Numbered from the whole stretch's first letter, positions 12,962 to 24,943 are shown. The stretch is DNA of 63,978 nucleotides, filler included, from Bigelowiella natans CCMP2755 (GCA_000320545.1; 8 parts of 8 records of this genome joined end to end with filler, not necessarily neighbours in it), one strand, 5' to 3'. Notes: generated from the letters alone by a model not told the origin. Numbers and translations are program-made.

Positions 12962-13115
12962 TTCGGCAGAATCTGCCGACCGACAAATCAACATGGGGTA
13001 TGTCAGTAAGTACCCGAGAGTACCCGCTACTTCGACAGTGTCCGGCAGATCGGCCGATAGAACGGGGGTTAATTCGATGAAACGGTCGGAGCTCAATAAA
13101 ATCTGATCCGTAAGA

Positions 13116-15244
13116 ATGGGTTGTGGATTGGCGTCGCATACGAGTATCGAGGTCACATGCAACTTGGAGGTGGGCTCAGATGGTGCAGTTGTAGAGACCC
13201 CGAGATTTGTCACCGCTGTTGAAGTTGTGGAATGGGCTAACAAGCGTCATAAAGTGGAGAATTTTGATATAAAAAGAGGTAGTGATGTGAATACCTCTAC
13301 CGTAAAGGAAGTCAAAAGTTGTGGTATTGTCAAAGTGCAATTCAAATATCTGTGTGGAAAGGGTTGGACCGCAATGAGTGACGACACTGATGACAGTGAT
13401 GAATGGGGCCGACACAGAAAAGATCGAAGTTTCGAAGTCACATTTGGCCCGGGAGAGTACACAAGGGAACTAAACTGCGTAAGCCTAAAAAAAGGCAGTG
13501 ACAGATATCGCGGGATGTTCATGCTCAAATTCCTTTCGCTTACGACTAACCTACGCCAGAAATATTTCGGAGATGAAGCGATAGCAAAGCTATTACTCAG
13601 CAAAGACAAATTGGCGCAAGACGGCAAAACACTTTGGGTAAGATTAACATCATGAGTATTGACAACACAAATTCATGGTTTTTTTAAGAGTTTAGACAAT
13701 GGTACCAAAAGTTGAGAGAATGTGAGAACATGTCAACCCCTCCCCACATTTCCACATACCAGTGTTGCGTTTTAAATTGGACGAAGCTTGGGTTGTAGGC
13801 AAAGTTGTTACGGTTTACCTGTAGAAGGCTGTGATTCAAAACAATGTACTGAATGAAGTATTTCCATTCCAAGGATACCTACACTGCCGACGAGGGCCAG
13901 ATGGTAATAGGCCTTAAGTTTGACGAAACTCAAGAGAGGGTGATAGGAATTCAAACTGCACCGATCAGCGAGTATGTCAAGCAGTTTAAATTTCAGCGAC
14001 CAGTAGAAGATGGAAAGGCTCTTGGAAAAGAATTTGCTGATTGCAAGCTTTGCTGTCCGAAGGGCCATCGACTGATATTTACGTCCTACGTTCTTGGTGG
14101 ATATGAAGAAGGAATCTTTACATGTAATGTTTGTAAGAAAGAGAGAGCATGCCAGGAAGGTCGCTGGTGGTGCAACCAGTGCTACCATGATGTTTGCTAT
14201 CATTGCCGCCCCGAGGAGAAGGAACGTGAAGATGATGTTGAGAATGGTGATCTCATTGCCTTCTGCCCGAGAGGATGCAGGATGGAATACACGAACAGTA
14301 GGGACACTCATGACGGAGCTCCATGGAGTTGTAGTGTTTGTGGTGATAATGAGAAGCATGCGGGCTACACAGGTTGGCGATTCCATTGCAAGGAACACAA
14401 GATAGATTACTGCTTCGATTGTAAGCCTGTAGAAAACAAACCAGGGGATACGAATGTCTGCACGTGCGCGGAATGTGGCCACAAATGCGTTTACAAGACG
14501 AAAATAGATGATCCGTACACGTGTGCGGGTTGCAAGGGGGAGTTTGAAGACTGCGGTGGTTATGTCTGCAATTTTCTCTGGCCGGACAAGATGTGCAGAA
14601 CAAAGTACTGCTTTGATTGCATTCCGGATGCCAAGAGCTGCCCAGAACCTACGAAACAGGTGATTAAAGGTCTGGATCCCGATCGACATAAAGCCATCAT
14701 CGATCCCAGGGCTACGGAAGAGGTTTCGGAATCACTTAACATGCTCAGCTATCATGGGGGAGTGCTTCGACTGGTCAAAATCGAGCACAAAGAAAACGTG
14801 TGGGAACGAGATAGAGAGACGGACTTTGCTTTCGATTGCAAAGGAGGATCGGGGAAGGACGCGGATTGGCGCGTGAAATGGTCGGGAAAAGGTTTATCTC
14901 TGACAAACCGCGCCGCAAAAAAGGCGGGCACTCCCAGTATCTGCGAGGACTATTGCTTGAAGTTGAAAAAAAAAGGGAAGAAAAATAATCGAAATCGACC
15001 AATGCCTGAAAGTTGTTGGCAAGTGGAGGAACCGCCATGCGGCAAAGATTGCTTTCAGTTGATGATGGTTGATAGGGATGCTGGATGTTCAAATTTTGAT
15101 TTTGAAGTGTACCTTGCTTGTGATTCTGACGGAAAATTGTGCACCCACAAAGTCTACCTAAATGGACCTGATGAGGCAGATGAGGAATATCCGGAGTGTA
15201 GATATGACGTAAACACTCTGTTCAGGTTTGCATTGTTGAAATGA
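13116..15244 (+). CDS. Protein with MGC acylation motif, jacalin-like domain, three Cys-rich ZZ/DC1-like Zn-finger repeats and an unknown C-terminal domain
   Basis: Exon 13116-~13638 (MGCGL...FEVTFGPGEYTRELN...LKFLSLTTNLRQKYFG) is followed by a GTAAGA donor. The long ORF 13853-15244 has ADEGQMVIGLKF, then repeats such as CPKGHRL...CNVC...WWCNQCYHDVCYHC. Splicing between 13639 and 13858 is unresolved. Confidence 0.65.
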
Positions 15245-15703
15245 AGAGAACAAACTGCAGACCACTTGCTCATGGGCGTGCAACCTTTGAAGAAGAATGA
15301 TGAAATGCAGACATCATGTCGTTAGAAACTTCAAAAGAAAGAATGATGATCTGCAGCATGATGACTTCAAAAATGTGAAATGAGAAAAATGCAAACTGCA
15401 GTTGGTAGCAGTGGTGATGGCATCCATTAGTAGCAATGCTAGCAGTAGCAATGGCAACCAGCAGCAGTGACACTGCTAATTGGATGATGCATGTCTGGGC
15501 ACTTCGTTCCACTGATTTGTTAGGAAGCAGTCTTGACTTTTCTCTGACAACAATTCAATGAAAAATGATCAGGTGATTTGTGCTGCAAATGCAATTGACA
15601 TTGATATCTCCGCTGGTTTGTGGTGTGCAGTAGCTCTTTGCAGTTTTATTCTTGTCCTTCTTCTTCTTCTTCATCAACATCATCACCCCCATCCCCTAAC
15701 CGG

Positions 15704-15807
15704 TTAGGGTTAGGGTTAGGGTTAGGGTTAGGGTTAGGGTTAGGGTTAGGGTTAGGGTTAGGGTTAGGGTTAGGGTTAGGGTTAGGGTTAGGGTTAGGGT
15801 TAGGGTA
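15704..15807 (+). repeat. (TTAGGG)n telomeric repeat at contig end
   Basis: About 17 perfect TTAGGG units, G-rich strand pointing toward the contig end, running into the N linker. Confidence 0.9.
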
Positions 15808-15907
15808 NNNNNNNNNNNNNNNNNNNNNNNNNNNNNNNNNNNNNNNNNNNNTTAATTAATTAANNNNNNNNNNNNNNNNNNNNNNNNNNNNNNNNNNNNN
15901 NNNNNNN
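15808..15907. other. Artificial contig linker N44-TTAATTAATTAA-N44
   Basis: The same 100-bp six-frame-stop linker occurs at 22654-22753, 42777-42876, 45634-45733, 59661-59760, 61448-61547 and 62853-62952. Confidence 0.98.
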
Positions 15908-16115
15908 TTTTTTTTTTTTATTTTTTTATTTCCCCCCCCCCTGGGTGAAAATATGTCCAGTTGGAAAGCTAGTTGAGAACACGGATACCAGAAGGGGGTG
16001 TGGGGGGGGGGATGGAGAGAGTGAGAGATAGAGAGTAAGAGAGAGTGATAGAGAGTAAGAGAGAGTGATAGAGAATACTAAAGATGTAGCTGGGCATTGC
16101 TTTTGGTAGTATTAC

Positions 16116-16867
16116 GTGAGAAGTAGGCGCTGGGCCCGCAGCCGATCTCCAACACAAGCTTCCTCCCAACTGCGCTCTTGTTCACGGCCTGCGCACAAAC
16201 GCAGTGTGTTTGCGGTCAGTGGCTGTGCTGCCGTGCAAGCGGTGTTTCGATCAGATTCTGGCGCTACTCTCAATGTCTACGAAGGCCTGATGATGCCGCA
16301 CCTGCGCGAAGCTGCTGACTCTCGGAACATCGCTCATCATCGCCTTCTGATGCTGGACGGTATAGCTGGCAAATGGGGTTGTGGAACGGGGGGGGGGGGA
16401 TAAGGAGCGAGCAAAAGGGTCAATAGAAACCAACGAATCAATAAACATGATGTTTTTGGGAGTCTCCCTTACTTACTTTTCACACGCCACGATGGGGTCG
16501 CAATCCAGGTGCCTCCCCCCAGCGTATTTGAGGGAATAGCGTGTTGGACGCCTCTTGTAATACAGCTTCTCGCTGATCCCACGGGGCTGCGGTGATGATT
16601 ATGGGTATGATGATGATGATGATGATGACGATGATGAGAAGATTAGTGGTGGTTATGGTGAGGAGACATGGCGAAACAGCTGTGCTACGGATACGAAGAG
16701 TGGAAGGGAGGGGGGGGGGGGGGGAATCGGAAAGGAGGCAACGGACGATTTGATGACCCACAGCCTACCATTATATGAAGATCAAAGGGCAGCTTGAGCG
16801 TCCGGAACAGCTCCAAAAATCGCTCAAAATCAACTCTGCAACGAATAGCGCGCGCACACATACAACA

Positions 16868-16917
<50 letters not shown>

Positions 16918-17292
16918 GTGTCAGAGTAACAGTAACAGTATTACTTTGGGAGTGATCGAGCAAGGTGCATTGAGAACCGACAGCACATGACTGCATGTCT
17001 CCTCCACCCCCTCCCCCCCACCCCCCCTTCCCTCTCCCCGCAACTTGGAAATATTTGCAGTTCACGTTGATTGCGAGACAGCAGAGTGGGTGAATCTAAT
17101 CGCAACAACCTCTGGCCATCGATTTTCACAACTTCGTCCCCAACTTCCACGCCTTGGGCCGCAGCATGTCCAGAAGCTGAGAGCACGCGCCGATTGTCTC
17201 CTACCTTCAATCCTGCACGTGTGTACGCATACATCTCTCCGTTTATGCATCTCATGGGTGCACAGCTGCTTATGCGTCGCGACAGTCGTAGA

Positions 17293-17326
<34 letters not shown>

Positions 17327-18687
17327 TTGTGTATATTTGCGTATATATAAGAATATCAGCACGGCTACAGTGCCCTCCTCCTTTCCTCTACCTCACCTTC
17401 CCCCCCTCCCCCCCCTCCCCCCCCTCCCCATGTATCTGCATACGGACCAAAAGGGCGCGAGGAGACAGTGATGACTTTGGTCTTCAACACAGTCTGATAG
17501 CCCGCCTTTTCATCGCTCTCAATTTCAAGAAGAAGCCTATGGGTGTCGTAGAGACTCCGGAAGTAGCCCGGGCGATCACTGCTTTCCTGTGAGCTTTTCT
17601 GCAACTGCATCGCCTTCTTGCAATGCCATTTCGCGGCGCTCAGATCAGGAATTGTCCGATAGATTGGGTCCTGTAAGAGAGACGTATTCGACAGCAACAC
17701 CGCCAAATTGTAATGGGCACCCACGTGGAGCGGGTTGCGCTGCAGGGCGTCCTGCGGGAAAATGGGGAAAGGGGGGGGGGGGGGAGGTCGAGTCAGTGAG
17801 ATGCATTCATGATAGAGGAACACAGGGGAGGCGCAACAACACTCCTCGGGTCCAGTAAAGACTGCTACCTCCCACATCGCCATCGCGCTGCGATATTCTC
17901 CCAAGTTGCTGTAGCAGCACGCCATAATGTCCGTGACTTGTGAGTAGAACTTGCTGTCGTTCTCATTTGCGAATTTCCGGGGGGGGATCATCTGCCGAGC
18001 CCCGGAGTAGCTGGGAAAAGGGAAAAACTAGTTGAGTGAGCTGGATTTAAGTCCCGCGCGGCGTGTGTGCGTGCGTGTGTGCGTGCGTGTGTGCGTGCGT
18101 ACGTGCGTGCGTACGTGCGTGCGTGCGTGCGTGCGTGTGTGTAGTGCGTTGAAACTCAGAATCTTTCGCGGGTGACCGTTCAAGTGCTAGCCTCATATTT
18201 CCATGAGTAAAAGCTGTGCGCCCTTCCCTCACTGAGTTCCGGATCGCTGTCCTCAACCTGAGCGAGATAGGTTGCCGTTTGGGGAAGAAGGAGAAGAAGA
18301 AGAAGTAGTAGAAGAAGAAGAAGAAGAAGAAGAAGAAGAAGAAGCATAGATATCGTGTGCCTGTTTTCTGTCCTTACATCTAAATCCCCTCTCCCCTCCC
18401 TTCTGGCAGGGTTTCGTGTGTGCAATAGCATACTCTTCTGGTGTGTGCAGGGGTCGGTTAGCATCGATCGGGATGTCTGTGCCTGCAATGACGTTTCCGG
18501 AGCCCAGCAGCGGCGGACGACGATGATGTGCGCGATGTCGTCGTTGTTGCTGTTGATAATGATATTGGTGGTGGGGATTGTGATCTTTCAGCGGTAAGAG
18601 GGCCAGGCGCATCACCACGCTACAGAGCACGAGAGCCACAAGCGAGCATCCATTCCACTCCAACCGGCCGCGGAGCCCCCTCTCCAT
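16116..18687 (-). CDS. TPR + PDZ + PRMT7/9-like SAM-dependent methyltransferase with hydrophobic N-terminal leader (3' end truncated by gap)
   Basis: Leader ...SLVALVLCSVVMRLALLP. TPR-like ACCYSNLGEYRSAMAMWE / NPLHVGAHYNLAVLL. PDZ-like GHAAAQGVEVGDEVVKIDG. Phase-0 joined exons YTVQHQKAMMSDVPRVSSFAQ / AVNKSAVGRKLVLEIGCGPSAYFS match the PRMT H..M..D..R helix plus SAM motif I. Confidence 0.7.
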
Positions 18688-19124
18688 CTTGCTGGCTGCG
18701 GTCCGGTCGACCTACTGAACTGTCCTGCTGTGGCGGTGTTTGTAGACACATTATTATCCTAACAATATCTAAAATATTTGAAGGAAAATCGAAATAGATA
18801 TTGAAAATCCATCCGCTTATCCGAATTGAAACTGTTAGAATATTAAGAAATATTTAGCGTATAAAATTGTCCATTATTAGATAGGACTGAGGAAAAGCTG
18901 GAGTAAGATATTTAGGATATTTTATGATATAATACATTGTATTGCAAGCTGCTCGCTCCTCCACCTACAGGGCATACACCTATCCGTATTTTGGACTTTT
19001 TTTAATCGAAATAATATCTAATAAGTGTAAGATTAATCGACTAGAACAGAGATCGAACTGAGTGGCTTTCGGAAGCTCTATCCAGAGCAGAGCACTGAGG
19101 CCTCGGGGGGGGGGCGGGCGGGCG

Positions 19125-21527
19125 ATGGCAGCGACAGTACTCCCATAAAGATTCTATAACAGACACCAGCAGCTGCCTCACTCTTTTTTTTCTTTTTTTG
19201 GCAACTTATTCGTCGTCGGTGGTGTCTAGGTTTCCTCCTCCTCCTCTACCGCTCCCGCCCCCGTCTCCCTGCCGGCAAACGTGGTCATCGTGGGAGACGA
19301 ATTCCTTGTATTAACCCGAGCTGAGGTCACGGCACTTCGAAAAGTGCGCGTCTTGGGCCAGATGAACCCGAAAATCGCCGTGAGGAAGTGCCCAGCCAAA
19401 CTGTTCAAAGACCGGGTGCAAACGAGCAGCGATGTCTCGCGCAAGAAGGGGAAGAAGTCTCGAAAACGCAAGGTTTGTCATCATCAAGGGTGATAGCGCA
19501 GTGTATGTGGGGGGAGCGATTGCGCTCATGGAGGTCTCAATTTGTCGCGAATAAATCTCTCCAATTTCAACTAAACAGCAGAGCACAGCGTCGTCTGCAG
19601 ACGAGCGAGACGGTTTCTTCAGTGCTGAAGATGGCAGCCTTCCCTTGCGACTGATGCTAGAGGAGGTGTACCTGGGCATCTGCGAGGTAGTAGCACGAAA
19701 TCAGCTAATCGACACGCAACGGCTGCCACCCTTTCCACGGCTCTGTTGCTGTGCTAACAAACACCACAGCGGAGCGCTTTTGAAAGAGATGGCACGCATC
19801 ATCTATAACTTTTCACAGGGGTTCATTAGGCTATCTCCTGGCCAAAAGGCCTCCGAGGGGGGCGGCGGCGCGGGGGTACGCGACGCGACGAAGGAGCGCC
19901 TATACGCGCGCTTTCGAGAGAAGTTGATGGGTTTGCCGATCGACGAATTTGCACTCGCCGTGCAGGTAATCAACCCTTGATCCAGGAATTGCTTTTCCGT
20001 CGCGACAACACAAGCCCAGACACCCTCACGAGAAAAAATGGTGACGATGCAAATAATGTGCCTCTCAGAATCCGCTGGAGAGAATAGACACCGGCAGTCC
20101 GGCGGACACGGCCACTTCCGGAGGCGCCGCCGATGCAAAGAGGAAAAATCAGGATCATGGGAAGCCCGCTGGTGATGAAGCTGCTGCAAAGCAGCAGCAG
20201 CAGCAACTACCGTCTCTGTCATCCCACTACCTGGCTCTCAAAGCAAAGTAAGAGAACGAAGTAGTGGCGAACTTGACGCTGGAGTCTCCCCTCCTCCCTT
20301 TGCCGCCCCCCCCTCTCCTTCTCCCCCAACTCCTCTAGAAACTTAAACTCCAATGAGGGCTGAGCAGCCTGACGGTGGTGTATGACAAATAGGGGTTGGA
20401 ACGCGAAAGGCGCCGGGAGGATGTGGCACGTAGGGCTGCAGTACCCGCCTCTGCTCGCACGCAAAGGTGCTTGTAATTGACCGTCCTTGATTCTCCGGCC
20501 ACATCGGAGCTACGGAAAATGGTGTTCGTTTGAATCGTTACTTGGAGCGAATCGATGTAGCACAGTTGTAGAAATAGCGAAGTACGAAGTAGCCTGTTTT
20601 TTTCCCTGATAGATGTGTGGGTATAAAACCAGGGCTGTCCGGCAGGGCTGCATTCGACGTGCTTAGGCCGTACATTTATGGTGGAAGCTGTGGTGGCAGA
20701 GCTCCGATCTCTCGGAGAAAGAAGGAGGATGGCGACGACCATAAGGGCCCGGGCGCGAAACCGCTCCAACCGCAATTGCCATCATCATCATCGTCGTCGT
20801 CGTCATCATTTTCATCCTCATTCAGTAGCAGCATCAGATGGCATCGTTGCCTGGTCTATCGCGATTTGTGGTCCCGGGGATTCTACGTCACTTCGGGTGC
20901 TAATTTTGGTGTGCACTTCCTGGTGTATAAGCGGCGGCCCTCCACGTAATCAACCGCTGAAATATGTGCTGAATAGTGATAACATGCCTGGTATGCCTCA
21001 TCCTAGAGGATTATAACGCATCGACGACAAAGAGTTGGGGGGAGGAGGGGGGATCACGAATCAAACGCAATCGCAATTATCATCACCGGCGTTAGAGCAA
21101 CATCAATATCACTACCATCATCACGTAGGCACCATTCCTCGTATGTGCTGCAAGTCGTCCCGAAAGAGCGCAGGTGTGTCATTCATTTCTTGATCGTTCC
21201 CGTCCCCGTGCTGTTGTGTCCCTGAAATAACCATTCGTTTTCAGCCTGACAGGGCGCCGACTGAACGAGCACGTACGGTCGGCAAACTCCATCAGAAAGA
21301 TCTTCGTGATGGCCTTCATCGAAGCCACAGAAGACAGGCTAGCTGTACTGCCCCAACTGTGCCCCCCTGTTACTCGGCCTTCCTTCCACGATGGAAATGG
21401 AGGCCAGCAGCAGCAGCAGCAGGAGCAGGTGACGGAAGAAGGAGGTGGGGAGAAAAGCATTCCGAAGGTCTCGTACATTTCAATTAAGTTTGATTCAGCT
21501 GCAACCAACGCAATGCCATCGTCATAA
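19125..21527 (+). CDS. TSEN34: tRNA-splicing endonuclease catalytic subunit, SEN34-like (multi-exon)
   Basis: Exons give LPLRLMLEEVYLG, VYRDLWSRGFYVTSGANFGVHFLVY, HHSSYVLQVV, VRSANSIRKIFVMAF and KVSYISIKF. Candidate catalytic Tyr/His/Lys are present. The putative start exon MAAT splices in phase to VSSSSSTAPAP. Confidence 0.8.
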
Positions 21528-21960
21528 GTCACAGGCTAGCAGGCAATAGCACGGTAGTAACGATGGTTTGCATCATCGCAGGCGTTCTATGCGCACCGCA
21601 TTTACTAGCTTTTAAGAGCTGCTACCCTCCCAATGCGCGATATACGTTTTGGCTTGCTACTTTTAATTCGCATGAAAAAGTAGCATGCGGCTGCAATAAT
21701 GTAAGCATTCAAGTAAGCATGATTTTGCTTGCGCTAGATCTTGCGTTTCGCGCAGTGCACGCGCGAAAGCTCCGCGAGGCAGTGTTAGCAGCAGGAAAAA
21801 TAGCGTATGTAGAATTTGTTAAGAGATATACGCACGCCGGCGCAGGATACATTGCAAGCCGTATATACTATGCTGGAACTTCACGCAGCAAGCAAAATCG
21901 GTTGCCTTTGAAAGGATGTAAAAGGCGCTCCTTTGGCTTTCTGATTTGACTAGCTTGTCA

Positions 21961-22378
21961 TCACCGTCGACGCCTCTCCCTATCTCCGCGATGGCGCTTG
22001 CTACTTCGCCCCGCGCGAGAACTTGACTTACTTTCATCGTCCCGAGGCCTTCTCGTCCCACGCTGGTTCTTACTGTTATCATCGAATCTTGACCTTCTGC
22101 TGCCTCGGTGGTCTCCGCTCTCGCTGGTGTTATTTCTGGGCGAGGATGAGTATGCGTCGTCGCCGGCGCCTCCTAGATCATCATCGTGCCTCCCCCCGCG
22201 GCTACTTCGCCTTCTTCCCCGACTATTCTGGGCACTGCTACCATCATCATCCTCATCACCCCTGTACCGTCGGGATCGTGTGACACTGCTGCCGCCGCCT
22301 CCGCTGGGTCCATCCAACCCTTCCTCTCTCTCCCCCCTCCCCCTTTCTCGCTTCTCCACCTTGGGTCGTTCCCTGGCA
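21961..22378 (-). CDS. Terminal exon of an Arg/Ser/Asp-rich low-complexity protein (gene truncated by gap)
   Basis: Polypyrimidine-CAG acceptor followed by an open frame ...SRRSRFDD...SSKRHRGDRERRRR*. Confidence 0.45.
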
Positions 22379-22406
22379 GGAAGTAGAGAGGAAAACAAGC
22401 GCGTTA

Positions 22407-22440
<34 letters not shown>

Positions 22441-23072
22441 ATGAGTGTTTTCAAAACGGTTAAGTGTCAGTCACGGGAAATGTAAGCGTGAGGGTTGATA
22501 ATAGCGGAGCTCCGGAGGTGGGGGATTCTCTGTTCTGCGTCACGTGCAGAGAAAGGGAGAGGCCCGTGTCGCAGCAGGAAGAGAAAATCTTCGGTGCTCG
22601 CAAGCGCGTTTCACCAAAACAGCGGAAAGTGCGTTTTTTGAGGAAAAACTGGANNNNNNNNNNNNNNNNNNNNNNNNNNNNNNNNNNNNNNNNNNNNTTA
22701 ATTAATTAANNNNNNNNNNNNNNNNNNNNNNNNNNNNNNNNNNNNNNNNNNNNGCAATTGCACATTACTTAATAAGTCATTTCCGATGCGATTGATTACA
22801 GTTTTTATGCAACGTTGGATTACGATTGATCATATCATCATTCAAACACCGCCAAATAAATCCTCCAAGCTTCGCACATAGCCTTCAACTTCGTTGGAAT
22901 TTTTCTTTGCTTTCTCTTGACCTGAATATAATGTATAAGTGCTTCAGAAAGTATATTTTCATCATGCTATATCTTCAACATTTTTATATCTATCACATAC
23001 AATACTAATTTTGTCTTCATTAATTTTAGCATTCTGTTATCGCCAATTAATGACAATTACCATTCTTCTGAA

Positions 23073-24367
23073 AAGGATATTGCGGTTTCTATGCGACCAG
23101 TTTCTTCAATCTCAATTGAGGACTTACTTAGACGGGGAGAATGGACAATACTATTTTTACTTCTAGTATTATTCTCGGTTCGCTCAGAATACTTCTCTGT
23201 GCTTCTCGTTGAAGAAGTTTTTGATGCATGTGTAACTATTGAGTTATTACTCCCCGCGCCAAGCCGGCATTCCTGCAAGACAGCTATAGACGCTCCCCCA
23301 CACACACATACAAACACCGGTTTAAAGGTTTCCATAACGGACCAAGAACGTTTGTCATCGCTGAAGCACATATCGATAGTCACTATATGTACTGCCTGCG
23401 GCACAGCTTTTGGATATTCTCTCTTCAATCTCTATGACCTACTTGCAAGGGTAAGCATCGACAACAGGAACATAGCAGCATGTGTGCGTGTGTATGTGTG
23501 TGTGTGTGTGTTTTGTTGTGTGCGAGTTGTTGCAGCGTAATAGAAACATATTTATTTTAAACGATTTTCTCCCAAGCCTCCCCCTTTAAGGTGTCTGTTT
23601 GAAGGGAATTTGTTGGTTTTGTTTCACCTCAGAAAAACACAAGAGAGGATACGCGCTCATTTACCAGTAGAGAAACTAGAGGGGTTGGCATAGGGCGGGA
23701 GGGAACGTGCAATCTGTTACCTGTTTTGCTTGTTCTGATGCCTCTTTCGCTAGCTTTGATATCATTGTAATATTTAATTCATATAGTTTCTCCCGCGTGC
23801 TTAATATACACAATTCATACAGATATAGATACGTATTTAAGTCTGTATGTGCGCGCGCGCGCGCATGTGTGTGTGTGTGTGTCTGTGTTTGTGTGTGTTT
23901 ATCAATGTTCCATTTATGATTTCAGGTTCTGGTGCTGTGATAAGCTCACGCGGTGCAACTTCAAACGGGGTTTGGATATATTTCAGCACTCTCCACCAAA
24001 TTATAATGATGATAATAATAGTGATAATAAAAATATGTGCATATATGTGGAAACGGGCGCGCGTACTCACAGCCACGTACAGACAGAAAGACAATGGAAC
24101 GACAAAGAAACAGCGCGCGCGAGAGAGAAATAAAGTGGGAATTGGTGGGATGTCATCATGCGTACTCACGTTTCCACGTGTCGTAGCGCTCCTCGATGTG
24201 GATGGTTTCTCCTCTCGCAAGGAACTCCACGAAAGCTGTCTTAGCTGATTTAAAAATGAAGGCCACTGGCATGGATCAAATAGTAGAGCAGGGTAAGGCG
24301 TCATAGCTTCCCAAATAGTAAATATATAACGGTACCATTAGCATTTCCTTTAATTGCTCTTTCTCTC

Positions 24368-24409
<42 letters not shown>

Positions 24410-24530
24410 CCTCTCTCTCTCCCTCTCTCTCTATTTCTCGCCCTCTTTGTGTGTACGTGTGTATATGGCTGCGTTGTTTGAGCGATGAAAATTTTTGTAT
24501 TTCATCTACATATATGTATATACATATGTA

Positions 24531-24571
<41 letters not shown>

Positions 24572-24911
24572 TGATATACTTGGGGTGTCTGCTACTTTAG
24601 ACTTGGCTGGTATAGAAGAGGAAAAAGGTATTATCCATCTATAAGGAGGGGATTATCTGATATACCCCATCAATCACCAAAAACAACACATCATTCTTCA
24701 TAAATATCTATCAGAGGAAAATAGGGGCCGGTTTGGAAAGGAGGAGGGCATAACAGCATGGGGGGGGGGGGGGGGGAGGAGGGGGCAGATCAAACTCATT
24801 CAACGGTTGTCGATCATGCTTTATTATCTCTTTATCACCAAATATGAATTCCTATTCTCTTCACCATAGGCGTCATAGTCACTAAACTCCTTCTATTCCT
24901 CTTATACCACC

Positions 24912-24943
<32 letters not shown>

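Noticed and set aside
7151-12998. CpG-methylation decay or classical RIP as the cause of the CA/TG excess
   Set aside because: CpG remains abundant (for example 8100-9200 and 12350-12660), and neither process removes TA; RIP creates it.
15808-15907. TTAATTAATTAA palindrome between N runs, 7 copies
   Set aside because: Assembly linker. Gene adjacency across these linkers was not interpreted.
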